DNA from: an uncultured bacterium
GTDB taxonomy: Bacteria > Gemmatimonadota > Gemmatimonadetes > Gemmatimonadales > Gemmatimonadaceae
Reading direction: 5' to 3'
DNA: 64,000 nucleotides
Assembly (NCBI GenBank): GCA_963978095.1
Contig: CAXBQP010000003.1
Span: 32,001 to 96,000 of the forward strand
The position numbers were made by a program, and so were the translations under genes. Numbering within the stretch: the stretch's first letter is position 1; every line of letters starts with the position of its first letter. This document shows positions 37,784 through 47,723 of the stretch, in pieces. The notes beneath the pieces are model-generated. The model did not search any database, was not told the DNA's origin, and was given only the letters and a program-made list of their open reading frames with translations.

Positions 37784-38485
37784 GTGATGCGGATGCCCGG
37801 ACTCGACGGACTCGCGCTGTTGGCGTGGCTACTGGTGTTGGCGCCGATGGCCGCGTGGCGGAGTCGGCGGGCGGTGGTCGCGGCGGCGAGCGGGCAGGGG
37901 GCACCGCTCCCAGCGCGGACGGTGGTGCTGTGGCGGACGATCGTCCTGCTCGCCGTGCTGCTCTGGGTATCAGTGGTGATCGCCGGGCGCATCGGGTTCG
38001 GGGTCTTCACCTACGGACCGATGCCGGTGGCCGGGTGGGCCCTTGGCGCGGCGGTGCTGGTCGCCTGCCTCGGCGTGCGTGCGTTCATGCGAGCGCTGAC
38101 CTCCGATGCCGAACGTGCGATGGCGGCGCGTCGGGCGTGGGCACCGCAGACTGCGCGGGAGCGATGGCTCTTTGTCGGGGCGGCGGTGCTGGCGGGAATC
38201 GCCGAGGAGGCGGCCTACCGTGGCGTTGGGTGGCAGGTGCTCTCGTGGACGCTCGGCGACCGATCGATCGTGGCCATGTGGATCCTGTCCGTGGCCTTCG
38301 CGCTGGCGCATCGAGTGCAGGGGTGGGCGGCGATGGTCGGAATCGGGGTGATGGCCGTGCTGATGCACCTGCTGGTCTGGCGGACGGAGACGTTGCTCGT
38401 GGCGATAGCGGTCCACGTCGCGTACGACGTGCTCGTGGGGCTTGCCACGCCATGGCGATCAGCCGCGTCCCACTCGGCGGCGTGA
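37784..38485 (+). CDS. CPBP (Abi/CAAX) intramembrane glutamic endopeptidase
   Basis: AEEAAYRG, FALAH, AVHVAYD motifs; multiple TM segments. Confidence 0.88.
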   Translation: MMRMPGLDGLALLAWLLVLAPMAAWRSRRAVVAAASGQGAPLPARTVVLWRTIVLLAVLLWVSVVIAGRIGFGVFTYGPMPVAGWALGAAVLVACLGVRAFMRALTSDAERAMAARRAWAPQTARERWLFVGAAVLAGIAEEAAYRGVGWQVLSWTLGDRSIVAMWILSVAFALAHRVQGWAAMVGIGVMAVLMHLLVWRTETLLVAIAVHVAYDVLVGLATPWRSAASHSAA

Positions 38486-38524
38486 TTGCCGTATCATTCA
38501 CCGAACTCCGTCCCCGCCTCGCAC

Positions 38525-38932
38525 ATGCAGATCACCGTCCGCACCTCCGTTCACGCGCCGCTCGCCGCCGTCTGGCGCGCGTATACCACCCCGGCCGACA
38601 TCATCCAGTGGAACGCCGCGTCGGCGGATTGGCATACGACGGCCGCGACCGTCGACCTGCGGGTGGGGGGCACGTTCTCGTCGCGGATGGAGGCGAAGGA
38701 CGGGAGTTTCGGATTCGACTTCGCCGGCACGTACACGGCGGTCGAGCCAATGCGGCTGCTCGCCTACGCGTTCGGGGATCGGACCGCGCGGATCGAGTTC
38801 GTCGAGGCGGGCGGCGCGGTGACGGTCACGGTGAGCTTTGACGCCGAGACCGAGCATTCGGCGGAGCAGCAGGAGGCGGGGTGGCAGGCGATCCTGGACA
38901 ACTTCCGGCGCCATGTGGAGGCGCTGGGGTAG
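38525..38932 (+). CDS. SRPBCC/AHSA1-like protein
   Basis: VWRAYT.P, DLRVGG, GFDFAGTY, GWQAILDNF. Confidence 0.9.
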   Translation: MQITVRTSVHAPLAAVWRAYTTPADIIQWNAASADWHTTAATVDLRVGGTFSSRMEAKDGSFGFDFAGTYTAVEPMRLLAYAFGDRTARIEFVEAGGAVTVTVSFDAETEHSAEQQEAGWQAILDNFRRHVEALG

Positions 38933-39020
38933 CGTTCAGGGATCAAGGTCGGCTCTTGCGACCCGTGTCGAAGCGTCCAATCCAAGCGAGTGGAATCCTT
39001 CAGGCATTGCGCAAGAACAG

Positions 39021-39058
39021 AAAGGGGGGGGACGATCAGGAATCGTCCCCCCTTTTTT
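39021..39058. terminator. Bidirectional intrinsic terminator
   Basis: AAAGGGGGGGGACGAT-CAGGA-ATCGTCCCCCCTTTTTT between convergent genes. Confidence 0.85.
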
Positions 39059-39095
39059 GGCGGAAGCTGATTGTGTGGTACCTGCTCGGAATGCT

Positions 39096-39737
39096 TTAGC
39101 GCTGTTGCATCACCTTGAGATTTGCGCCGTCCAAGCCGATGAGACTCCCTGAACCTGAAGATTTTGACATCAGGTTGAGTCCTCCCGCCGCAATCAATGC
39201 AGAGCTTTCCTTATCTGTGAGCTGAATGCGGCTGCCTGGATTCGCGCTGCGAATTTTTGCGGAGAGTGCATCTCGGACCGACCGATCTTGAATTTTATTC
39301 AAGTAATCATTGGCGCTCACGGTTTTCGCACCACTCCATTGTTGATTGATTGCGCCACTGCATTTCCAGGCAAGTACGCGCACCCCCGGTCCTGAGCGAT
39401 TGCCTTCCACGTCGGCGCACCAGCCCAGTTCGTTATTGAGACGACCGTTACTCAATGCCCATATCTGTGCCTTGTCGCCGGACTTGCAGCTATCCCAACG
39501 CAACTGCTGCTGGCCATCTCGGCCTGTCAGGCAGCTGCCGTTTGTCTTGACCTGACCATATCCTGTGAAACCTTGAATCGGCGCTTGCCCCTTCCAGTCT
39601 GCGGTGACCGCCCCTCCACCACTCGCGTTTAGCATGTACCCAGACGATGACGAGATGTACGGAATCTCCTGCGCCTGTACCATTCCAGCAGTCATCGCAA
39701 CTACGACGAACACCATTGCTCGAGTTATCGTGCGCAT
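39096..39737 (-). CDS. Secreted ricin-type beta-trefoil lectin domain protein
   Basis: Signal peptide (VQA), CL/CADV and QxW repeats (AQIW, NQQW); SD AGGAG; lower GC. Confidence 0.85.
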   Translation of the reverse strand: MRTITRAMVFVVVAMTAGMVQAQEIPYISSSSGYMLNASGGGAVTADWKGQAPIQGFTGYGQVKTNGSCLTGRDGQQQLRWDSCKSGDKAQIWALSNGRLNNELGWCADVEGNRSGPGVRVLAWKCSGAINQQWSGAKTVSANDYLNKIQDRSVRDALSAKIRSANPGSRIQLTDKESSALIAAGGLNLMSKSSGSGSLIGLDGANLKVMQQR

Positions 39738-40392
39738 CACTCTCTCCTAGGAAGAAGAACAGTCGACTACGCTGGACACCATCCAAATGTTCTATGCTCG
39801 AAAACGAGGTTTGTCAACATCAATGCAACCTTCTCGCGGGAAGGTTCAAAGATCAGGACACGCCTGCAATCATTGTTCACGTGTCTTGCTTCTGAGCAAA
39901 TGCTGGCCCGAAAAAATGTGAATGTCCTGACGTTTTCCATACTCAATGAGAGATGCGATACTCAGTCAATCGTCTCGGCGAATGCACCACTGCTACGCGT
40001 AAGATCTTATGAACGGAGGACGTACGCGGGCAATACACGTCATGTAGGCATGCAAGAGCATCGAGGTGCAGGACTACATCTCAGACTTCGGTCAATCCGA
40101 CCCAGATTCCCCAGTTCAGGATCTGAGAGGGAATGAACGGGTCGCGAGTTGACGTCGTCCGCTGAGTAAAAGGCGAGACTAGAACTATTCATCCCTGAGC
40201 GTGCCGGCAAAAAAATCCGTAAGTGTATACCCGACAGGGCTTTGGTATTCTCTTCAAGCCGCCGAGATGACATAGCAGTGGACATAAAGCCACTCCAGGA
40301 CCTTGGCGAATTCTCTGTAAACCATTGATAAACAACAGGTTACACGCCCTCTGTATTTTGGGCGTCGTATTCTGATAATCCGCCGGCCGAGT

Positions 40393-40464
40393 GGATAGAC
40401 GACCCATTTCTGCGGCATCGAAGGGGAGACCGGTGATCCGTCTCCCCTTTGTCATATCGCAGAT
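40393..40464. repeat. 72-bp direct repeat, copy 2
   Basis: 62/72 identical to 37657-37728. Confidence 0.9.
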
Positions 40465-40554
40465 TCCTTCGCCAAGAAAATCAAGTACATTGACCTTCTT
40501 GCAATGGCTGCTGGGGATTCCACCCACCCGCCGGCGCTCTTCCCCAGACCTCCG

Positions 40555-42012
40555 ATGACCAAGTTCCAGAACAAGATCCTCTTCGTCGGCTACGGCGCCG
40601 TGGCCGAATGCGCCCTGCCGATCCTCTTCAAGCACCTGCGCGTCGCGCCCGGCAACGTGACGGTCATGGACTTCGAGGATCGCTCGGCGAAGCTCAAGCC
40701 CTTCATCGCGAAGGGGGTGCGCTGGGTGCGCGACCGCATCACCCAGAAGAACATGGGCACGCTGCTCAAGCAGCACGTGAGCGCCGGTGACGTCGTCATC
40801 GATCTCGCCTGGAACATCGACGCCTGCGAGATCCTCGACTGGTGCCACAGGCACGGCGTGCTCTACATCAACACGTCCACCGAGCTCTGGGACCCGTATG
40901 CCGGCGGCCCCAAGCAGCATCCGACGGAGAAGACGCTCTACTGGCGTCACATGAACGTCCGGCGCATGATGGCCAAGTGGAAGACCAAGGGCCCCACGGC
41001 GGTGCTCGAGCACGGCGCCAACCCGGGGCTCATCTCCCACTTCACCAAGCAGGGGCTGCTCGACATCGCCGCCGCCTCGCTCGCCGACAAGAAGTTCAAG
41101 GGGAAGAAAGCCGAACTCGTCGCCGAGCTCGCGCAGACGCAGGCGTGGAACCACCTCGCGCACCAACTGGGCGTGAAGGTCATCCATTGCTCGGAGCGCG
41201 ATACGCAAATCTCGAACAAGCCGAAGCAGGTCGACGAGTTCGTCAACACCTGGAGCATCGAGGGCTTCCGCGAAGAAGGGCAGACGACCGCCGAGATGGG
41301 ATGGGGGACGCACGAGAAGGAGCTCCCCGCCTATGCCTTCACGCACAAGGAAGGCCCCAAGAACCAGATCTGTCTCGCCCGCATGGGCATGGATGTCTGG
41401 GTCCGCACCTGGGTGCCGAACTACACCGTGCGCGGCATGGTGGTGCGTCACGGTGAGGCCTTCACCATCTCCGACCACCTCACGGTGTGGGAGAAGGGGA
41501 AGCCGGTGTACCGCCCGACGGTGCACTACGCCTACTGCCCGAGCGACGCGGCGATCGCCTCGCTCAACGAGATGCGCGGCTACGACTACAAGCTGAATGA
41601 AAATCAGCGCATCATGAACGATGAAATCATCAGCGGCTCGGACATCCTCGGCGCGCTGATCATGGGGCACCCGTACCAGAGCTGGTGGACCGGCAGCGAT
41701 CTGAGCATCGAACAGTCGCGCAAGCTGGTGCCGCACCAGAACGCGACCACCATGCAGGTGGCGATCTCCGTCGTGGCCGCGACGATGTGGATGATCGAGA
41801 ACCCCGAGATGGGCGTGGTCGTGCCCGATGACCTTCCGCACGAATACATCCTCGGCATCTCCAAGCCGTACCTCGGGACGTTCATCTCGACGCCGTCGGA
41901 CTGGACGCCCCTCAAGCACTACACGAGTCCCTTCCCGGGCTACACCAAACCCGATTTCGATCGCAAGGATCCCTGGCAGTTCAAGAACTTCCTGATGAAG
42001 GACGGCGAATGA
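40555..42012 (+). CDS. hss: Homospermidine synthase
   Basis: Rossmann GYGAV, LYINTS.E.W, HGANPGLISHF, ERDTQ, FVNTWSIEG, YRPTVHYAY, QNATTMQV. Confidence 0.92.
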   Translation: MTKFQNKILFVGYGAVAECALPILFKHLRVAPGNVTVMDFEDRSAKLKPFIAKGVRWVRDRITQKNMGTLLKQHVSAGDVVIDLAWNIDACEILDWCHRHGVLYINTSTELWDPYAGGPKQHPTEKTLYWRHMNVRRMMAKWKTKGPTAVLEHGANPGLISHFTKQGLLDIAAASLADKKFKGKKAELVAELAQTQAWNHLAHQLGVKVIHCSERDTQISNKPKQVDEFVNTWSIEGFREEGQTTAEMGWGTHEKELPAYAFTHKEGPKNQICLARMGMDVWVRTWVPNYTVRGMVVRHGEAFTISDHLTVWEKGKPVYRPTVHYAYCPSDAAIASLNEMRGYDYKLNENQRIMNDEIISGSDILGALIMGHPYQSWWTGSDLSIEQSRKLVPHQNATTMQVAISVVAATMWMIENPEMGVVVPDDLPHEYILGISKPYLGTFISTPSDWTPLKHYTSPFPGYTKPDFDRKDPWQFKNFLMKDGE

Positions 42013-43148
42013 TCTCGAAGGCCCGCTTGCAGCGACTGGCCGAAGAGCACGGCACGCCGCTGCTCGTGATCGACCACGACGAACTCCGGAAGAACTACCG
42101 GATGTTTCGGCGCTACCTGCCGCGCGTGCAGCCGTATTTCGCCGTCAAAGCGGGGGCGGATTCCGCCATCGTGCGGACGCTTTTCGAAGAAGGGGCCAGC
42201 TTCGACGTCGCGTCGATGCCCGAGTTCGACCTCGTGTATGAGCACATCAAGAAGATGCCGGCCCGCGAGCGGCAGGATTGGATCTGGAACAAGATCATCT
42301 ACGCCAATCCGATCAAGCCGGTGGAGACGCTCGCCGAGCTCGACAAGTACAAACCGCTGGTGACGTTCGACAACGAGACCGAGATCGAGAAGATCGCGCG
42401 CCACGCCCCTCGCGCGGGGCTCGTCCTGCGGCTCAAGGTGTCGAATACCGGTGCGATGGTGGAGCTCTCCTCGAAGTTCGGGGCGTCACCGGGCGAAGCG
42501 GTCGACTTGATTCTTGAAGCCGATCGTCGCGGCTTGGTCGTGGAAGGGGTCAGCTTCCACGTGGGAAGCCAGACGACCAACTACCAGAACTACGTCGAGG
42601 CGTTGAACTTGACCGCGGATATCTTCGCGGAAGCCAAGTCGCGCGGCTACAGCAAGATGAATCTCGTCGACATCGGGGGAGGGTTCCCGGCACCGTACGA
42701 CGAGACCGTGCGTCCGTTCCGTGAACTCGCGCGGGTCATCAACTCGGAGATCACGCGGCTCTTTCCGAAGGAGATCGAGATCCTTGCGGAACCCGGCCGT
42801 TTCTTCGTCGCCACGGCGGGGACCAGCGTCGCCAAGGTGATCGGCAAAGCGGTGCGCGACGGGAAGCCGTCGTACTACATCAACGACGGGGTGTATCACA
42901 CGTACTCCGGGCAGATCTTCGATCACTGCCGATACCCGGTGAAGGCCTTCCGGCGCGGCAAGACGAAACTGTCGGCCGTCTTCGGTCCGACCTGCGATGC
43001 GCTCGACGTGATCTCGATGGCGGACAACTTGCCGGAGCTCGCGTGCGACGATCTCGTCTACAGCGAGATGATGGGCGCCTACACCCATGCCTCGGCGACG
43101 ACCTTCAACGGGTTCTCGCCGGCGACGGTGGTGCACGTCAACCAGTAG
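42009..43148 (+). CDS. Fold-type III (alanine-racemase fold) ornithine/lysine decarboxylase
   Basis: YFAVKA, FDVAS, KFGA, FHVGSQ, DIGGGF, EPGR, GPTCDALD, GAY; ATGA-coupled to hss. Confidence 0.93.
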   Translation: MISKARLQRLAEEHGTPLLVIDHDELRKNYRMFRRYLPRVQPYFAVKAGADSAIVRTLFEEGASFDVASMPEFDLVYEHIKKMPARERQDWIWNKIIYANPIKPVETLAELDKYKPLVTFDNETEIEKIARHAPRAGLVLRLKVSNTGAMVELSSKFGASPGEAVDLILEADRRGLVVEGVSFHVGSQTTNYQNYVEALNLTADIFAEAKSRGYSKMNLVDIGGGFPAPYDETVRPFRELARVINSEITRLFPKEIEILAEPGRFFVATAGTSVAKVIGKAVRDGKPSYYINDGVYHTYSGQIFDHCRYPVKAFRRGKTKLSAVFGPTCDALDVISMADNLPELACDDLVYSEMMGAYTHASATTFNGFSPATVVHVNQ

Positions 43149-43212
43149 TCGTGGTCCGGATATCCGGGACGCGGTGGCCGCGAGTCTCGGCGCCTGCTGT
43201 GCGAGCGGACGA

Positions 43213-43692
43213 CTACCGGCACCACTCCCAGAGGAAATAGTCCTGGTGGTACCAGTGGTCGGTGAGGGTGGTGATGCAACGGAATCCCGCGCGATCCAAG
43301 GTCGCGCGGGATTCGACGTTCTCGGTGCGGGAGTCGCACCAGATCTTGTGGGCGTCGCGCGCGGGAAGCGTGTCCTTGAGCGCGGAGATGAGCGCGCCGC
43401 CGAGTCCGCGCCCGCGCGCCCGTTCGGCAACGCCGAACCAATCGAGCCAGATGGTGCCGTCGTCGAACCGGCTCACGCAGAAGCCGGTGAGCCCGGCGTC
43501 GTCGCGCGAGACCAGCACGGCGAGAGCGTCATCCGCGGTGCGCGCGCCGAGCGACTGAGCCGTGTACTTCCGCAGCTCGGCGGCAATAGCGGGCGCGTTG
43601 TAGTAGCGGAGCGGTTCGATCGTCGCGCGCATGAGCGCGGCCACGTCGGAGAGTTCGTGGGGGGCGGCGGGGGTGATGGCGGCAGCTATCAT
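43213..43692 (-). CDS. GNAT family N-acetyltransferase
   Basis: V..RARGRGLG acetyl-CoA motif, N..S...L.RAGF. Confidence 0.85.
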   Translation of the reverse strand: MIAAAITPAAPHELSDVAALMRATIEPLRYYNAPAIAAELRKYTAQSLGARTADDALAVLVSRDDAGLTGFCVSRFDDGTIWLDWFGVAERARGRGLGGALISALKDTLPARDAHKIWCDSRTENVESRATLDRAGFRCITTLTDHWYHQDYFLWEWCR

Positions 43693-43796
43693 TCATTCTC
43701 CCGGTGTGGCACCAGCGCACGTCGCAACGTGCGGAATTTCCCTGCATCGCCGCAAGACCCATGCGAACATCCCTCACCTGTGTATCGACCGCAATC

Positions 43797-44318
43797 ATGC
43801 GTCCTTCCCGTGTCATCCAGATGGCGGCGTTGACCTGGCTGCTCTCGGTTGCGGCTCTTGCTGTTGCGCCCGGTCCGGCGACGGCCCAGCGGGCCTCAAG
43901 CCGTTCGACGGATTCGGTGAGTGCGATCGCAGCGGCAACCTCGCTCTTGGAGGCGATCTCCACCCGCGATGCCGCCCGTGCACGGCCGCTGATGCTCCCC
44001 GGGGCACAGCTCGTCTCCGTGAGCGATCCTGCGATGGCGACGGCGGCGCCGCGCGTCCAGACCGACAGCGCCTTCCTTGCCTCCCTCGCTGCGCCCGGAC
44101 CCCGATACCTCGAGCGCATGTGGGAGCCGGTGCTCTTTCTCCAAGGGCCCATGGCCACAATCCATGCGCCGTACGATTTTCACGTCGACGGAGCGTTCTC
44201 CCACTGCGGCGTGGACACCTTCACGCTCGTGAAATCGCAGGGTGTATGGCGGGTGTCGCATATCGCCTACACCGTCCAGCGCACGGGGTGTGCGCCGAGC
44301 CCACTCGGCGCCCCCTGA
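43797..44318 (+). CDS. Secreted NTF2-like (SnoaL/lumazine-binding-like) protein
   Basis: Signal peptide, ERMW, APYDFHVDG.FSHCGVD.F.L.K...WR. Start uncertain. Confidence 0.8.
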   Translation: MRPSRVIQMAALTWLLSVAALAVAPGPATAQRASSRSTDSVSAIAAATSLLEAISTRDAARARPLMLPGAQLVSVSDPAMATAAPRVQTDSAFLASLAAPGPRYLERMWEPVLFLQGPMATIHAPYDFHVDGAFSHCGVDTFTLVKSQGVWRVSHIAYTVQRTGCAPSPLGAP

Positions 44319-44334
44319 GAGCTGCAGGGCGCGA

Positions 44335-44757
44335 CTACTTGGCGCTCTTCACGACGAAGTCGAACGCTCCCTTGACCGGGTGCCCGTCGTCCCCGGCGAC
44401 GCTCCAGCTGACCGTGTACTTGCCGGCGGGGAGCGTGGTCGAAATCGCCGCGACGACCGGCGCGTCCTTGAGCTTCTCGTCGCGCGCCACGGGAGCAGTC
44501 TTCACAGCGCCGGCAGCGCCGGTGAGCTTGACGGTGGTCACCTTGAGATCGACCTTCTCATTGAACCAGAGCGAAACGGAAGTCGGCGCCGTCGCCAGGG
44601 TGTCGTTCGCGGCCGGCGCGGACTTCACGAGCTTCGTGTGGAAGGGCAACGTCGCCGTCGGCGCACTGGGCGCGATCGGTGCTGCGGCCGCCGAGAGGGT
44701 GCTGATCGAGGCGACTGCCAGAGCAGCGAAACGGAGTCCACGGAAGGTGCGAAGCAT
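44335..44757 (-). CDS. copC: Copper resistance protein CopC family
   Basis: Signal peptide, H.KLVKSAPA, FNE, YTVSW, DDGH. Confidence 0.88.
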   Translation of the reverse strand: MLRTFRGLRFAALAVASISTLSAAAAPIAPSAPTATLPFHTKLVKSAPAANDTLATAPTSVSLWFNEKVDLKVTTVKLTGAAGAVKTAPVARDEKLKDAPVVAAISTTLPAGKYTVSWSVAGDDGHPVKGAFDFVVKSAK

Positions 44758-44912
44758 TGGCGTCAGCGTCAGAAAGGGGGAGGGATGGTCGGGAGCTCGC
44801 GAGTGTAGTATAACCCATAGCCCCGGTCATTCGGCCATCAGGATTCCTCCCCCCCTCGGCGTGATCCCCGGCTGGAACCTCCGATCCCGCGGTCCCGTAG
44901 AGAGGAAGTGCG

Positions 44913-45608
44913 ATGTGTTCCCGTCTCCCCCGTGCCATGACGCCGCTCCGCTTCTCACAGCTCCCGACGTTGGCGATGCTCGTCGTCGCTGTCCATACGG
45001 CGACCGTGCGTCCCGCCGCGGCGCAGGCCGCTTCGTCGCCGCCACCGCTCACCGGATTGGCGGGGGCGATCGCCAAGGCTCGAGCGGACAGCGCACGCTT
45101 GCCGTACGTGAAGGCCGATATCGAGTTCATGTCCACGATGATCCACCATCACGCGCAGGCGATCGTCATGGCCAAGTGGGCGCCGACCCACGGCGCGAAT
45201 CCGGAAGTGCAGCGATTGTGCGAGCGGATCGTCAATGCGCAAACGGATGAGATCGCCCTGATGTCACGCTGGCTCGAAGCACGCAGTCAGAGGGTCCCCG
45301 TACCGAATCCGGCGGGGATGACGATGCAGATGGGAGGGATGGAGCATACGATGCTCATGCCCGGCATGCTCACCGAGGATCAGATGCGCGAGCTCGATGC
45401 CGCCCGCGGTGCGGCGTTCGATCGGCTCTTGCTGACGGGCATGATCCAGCACCATCGCGGTGCCGTGTCGATGGTGAAGGAGTTGTTCACGGCCTATGGT
45501 GCAGCGCAGGATGAGACCGTGTTCAAGTTCGCCAATGATGTGGAGGTCGATCAGACCACCGAGATCACGCGGATGTTTCAGATGCTGTTGACGATAGGCG
45601 CGCCGTAG
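44913..45608 (+). CDS. DUF305 ferritin-like secreted protein
   Basis: FMSTMIHHHAQA, Q..EI..M, MPGM, MIQHHRGAV. Confidence 0.9.
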   Translation: MCSRLPRAMTPLRFSQLPTLAMLVVAVHTATVRPAAAQAASSPPPLTGLAGAIAKARADSARLPYVKADIEFMSTMIHHHAQAIVMAKWAPTHGANPEVQRLCERIVNAQTDEIALMSRWLEARSQRVPVPNPAGMTMQMGGMEHTMLMPGMLTEDQMRELDAARGAAFDRLLLTGMIQHHRGAVSMVKELFTAYGAAQDETVFKFANDVEVDQTTEITRMFQMLLTIGAP

Positions 45609-45668
45609 CGGGTCCGCGGGCGCCGTCATGGTGTGGTTCCGCACAACTTTCCCCCTGAGGAGGATGTA

Positions 45669-47642
45669 ATGCAGCGTTCGTTCCGTTCCCTGGCCGCGAT
45701 GTGCACGATGACGGTCATCGCCGCGTGCTCGCCCCCAGCCAAGGTCGCGCAGACTCCGGCGCCGATGGGCAAGCCGGATCCGCGCGTCGGGCTGAAGGCC
45801 GGCCTGATGGATGCTGGTGAAGCGGTCTCGAACCTTCGCATCAATGCGAAGGTCGCCTCGCCGCCGGGATTCCTGGGCCAGACCAACTCCGACCTGGCTT
45901 TCACGGGACATTATGCGATCCAGGGCAACTACAACGGTCTGCAGGTGTGGGACATCGCGAACCCGAACAAGCCGACGCTGGTGACGGCTTTCCCATGTCC
46001 GGCGTCGCAGAATGACGTGTCCGTGTACAAGAACCTGCTTTTCATGTCCGCCGAGGCGACCAATGGCCGGGTGGACTGCATGGGGGGTGGCGTGCCGGAG
46101 CCGGTGTCCAAGGATCGGATCCGCGGGATCCGCATCTTCGACATCACCGACATCGCGCATCCGAAGTTGATCAAGAATGTGCAGACGTGCCGTGGGTCGC
46201 ATACGCACACGGTACTCGAGAGTCCGGCCGACAAGGAGAACATCTACATCTACATCTCCGGGTCGTCGGCCATTCGTTCGGCGAACGAACTGCCGGGCTG
46301 CGTGAGCGCGGCGCCGGACAAGGATCCCAGCTCGTCGCTGTGGCGCATTGAAGTGATCAAGGTGCCGGTCGCCCATCCGGAGGACGCGGCGGTCGTGAAT
46401 CGGTCGAACATCTTCGAGGGACTCAAGGTAACGCCGACTCACGGCGAGTCGGAGATCGATCGCGAGAAGGGAGCGAAGGCCGCCGCCGAGGCGCGGGCGA
46501 AGGGCGGTTTCACGGCGAACGTCCCCGGAATGGGCGAGGTGGTGCTCCCACCGAACTTCACGGGACCGATGCTCGACAACGTCGTGAAGGCGCGTGGCGG
46601 TTCCGGTGCACCGACGGCGGCGGACAGTGCGTCACTCCGCGCGAGCCTCCCCAAGATCATCGAAGGGATGATGGGACCGCAGCAGAAAGCGGGGGACCCT
46701 GTCGCTGCCGGGCGGCAGTGCCACGACATCACGGTGTATCCGTCGAAGGGACTCGCCGGGGGGGCCTGCGAAGGCCATGGGATCCTGCTGGATATTCGTG
46801 ATCCGGCGAACCCGAAGCGCTTGGACGCCGTCGCGGATTCGAACTTCGCCTACTGGCATTCGGCGACCTTCAACAACGACGGCACGAAGATCCTCTTCTC
46901 CGACGAATGGGGCGGGGGCGGCGCGCCGAAGTGCCGGGCCACGGACAAGAAGGAATGGGGATCCGACGCGATCTTCACGATCGAAAACAACAAGATGAAG
47001 TTCCAGGGGTACTACAAGCTCCCGGCCGCGCAGACGGAGCTCGAGAACTGCGTGGCGCACAATGGATCGCTGATTCCGATCCCGGGGCGCGATGTGATGG
47101 TGCAGGCATGGTACCAAGGCGGGATCTCGGTGTTCGATTGGACCGATGCCAAGAACCCCAAGGAGATCGCGTTCTTCGATCGCGGACCGGTGGACGGCAC
47201 CCATTTCACGATGGGGGGATCCTGGTCCGTGTATTGGTACAACGGCTCGATCGTGAGCTCGGAGATCGCCCGTGGGCTCGACGTGGCGGAGCTGACGCCG
47301 AGTGAGTTCATCTCGCAGAACGAGATTGATGCGGCGAAGACCGTGCGGTGGAGCTACCTGAACGCGCAGGGGCAGCCGCAGATCTCGTGGCCGCCGAGTT
47401 TTGCGTTGGCGCGCTCGTATGTGGATCAGCTCGAGCGCAACAAGTGTTTGGCGGACGGCCGGATCTCGGCGATCCGTGGTTCACTGAGCAGCGCCGAGAA
47501 GGCGTCGGGGCCGGCGCGGTCGCAGGCGCTCGCCGCGATTACCGCGCAGCTCGATGCGGATGCCAAGGGGTCGTGTGACGCGCCGCGTGTGAACATGCTC
47601 AAGAATGCCGTGTCGCAGCTGGGGAACGCGATCGTGCCGTAA
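45669..47642 (+). CDS. LVIVD-repeat beta-propeller lipoprotein
   Basis: Lipobox IAAC, NSDLAF, GSHTHT, CHDITV, WHSA, CVAHNG; SD GAGGAGG. Confidence 0.85.
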   Translation: MQRSFRSLAAMCTMTVIAACSPPAKVAQTPAPMGKPDPRVGLKAGLMDAGEAVSNLRINAKVASPPGFLGQTNSDLAFTGHYAIQGNYNGLQVWDIANPNKPTLVTAFPCPASQNDVSVYKNLLFMSAEATNGRVDCMGGGVPEPVSKDRIRGIRIFDITDIAHPKLIKNVQTCRGSHTHTVLESPADKENIYIYISGSSAIRSANELPGCVSAAPDKDPSSSLWRIEVIKVPVAHPEDAAVVNRSNIFEGLKVTPTHGESEIDREKGAKAAAEARAKGGFTANVPGMGEVVLPPNFTGPMLDNVVKARGGSGAPTAADSASLRASLPKIIEGMMGPQQKAGDPVAAGRQCHDITVYPSKGLAGGACEGHGILLDIRDPANPKRLDAVADSNFAYWHSATFNNDGTKILFSDEWGGGGAPKCRATDKKEWGSDAIFTIENNKMKFQGYYKLPAAQTELENCVAHNGSLIPIPGRDVMVQAWYQGGISVFDWTDAKNPKEIAFFDRGPVDGTHFTMGGSWSVYWYNGSIVSSEIARGLDVAELTPSEFISQNEIDAAKTVRWSYLNAQGQPQISWPPSFALARSYVDQLERNKCLADGRISAIRGSLSSAEKASGPARSQALAAITAQLDADAKGSCDAPRVNMLKNAVSQLGNAIVP

Positions 47643-47659
47643 GTGATCAGGGGGAAAAC

Positions 47660-47700
47660 CGCGAGGGGCGGGCACCGCGATCCGGTGTCCGCCCCTCGCG
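47660..47700. terminator. Long GC hairpin between convergent genes
   Basis: CGCGAGGGGCGGGCACCG-CGATC-CGGTGTCCGCCCCTCGCG. Confidence 0.75.
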
Positions 47701-47723
47701 CCGTCTTGGGGTGTGTGGATCCG

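Larger units (their letters stand above)
37607..40383. mobile_element. Decayed tRNA-Phe-associated genomic island, no integrase
   Basis: Flanking 72-bp repeats, anticodon-loop remnant at 40372-40383, IHF-like site at 40316-40344, lower GC from 39.0 to 40.4 kb. Confidence 0.6.

Noticed and set aside
39750..40300. Short ORFs in the lower-GC end of the island (39873..40136, 40040..40285)
   Set aside because: No recognisable motifs or RBS; probably decayed sequence.
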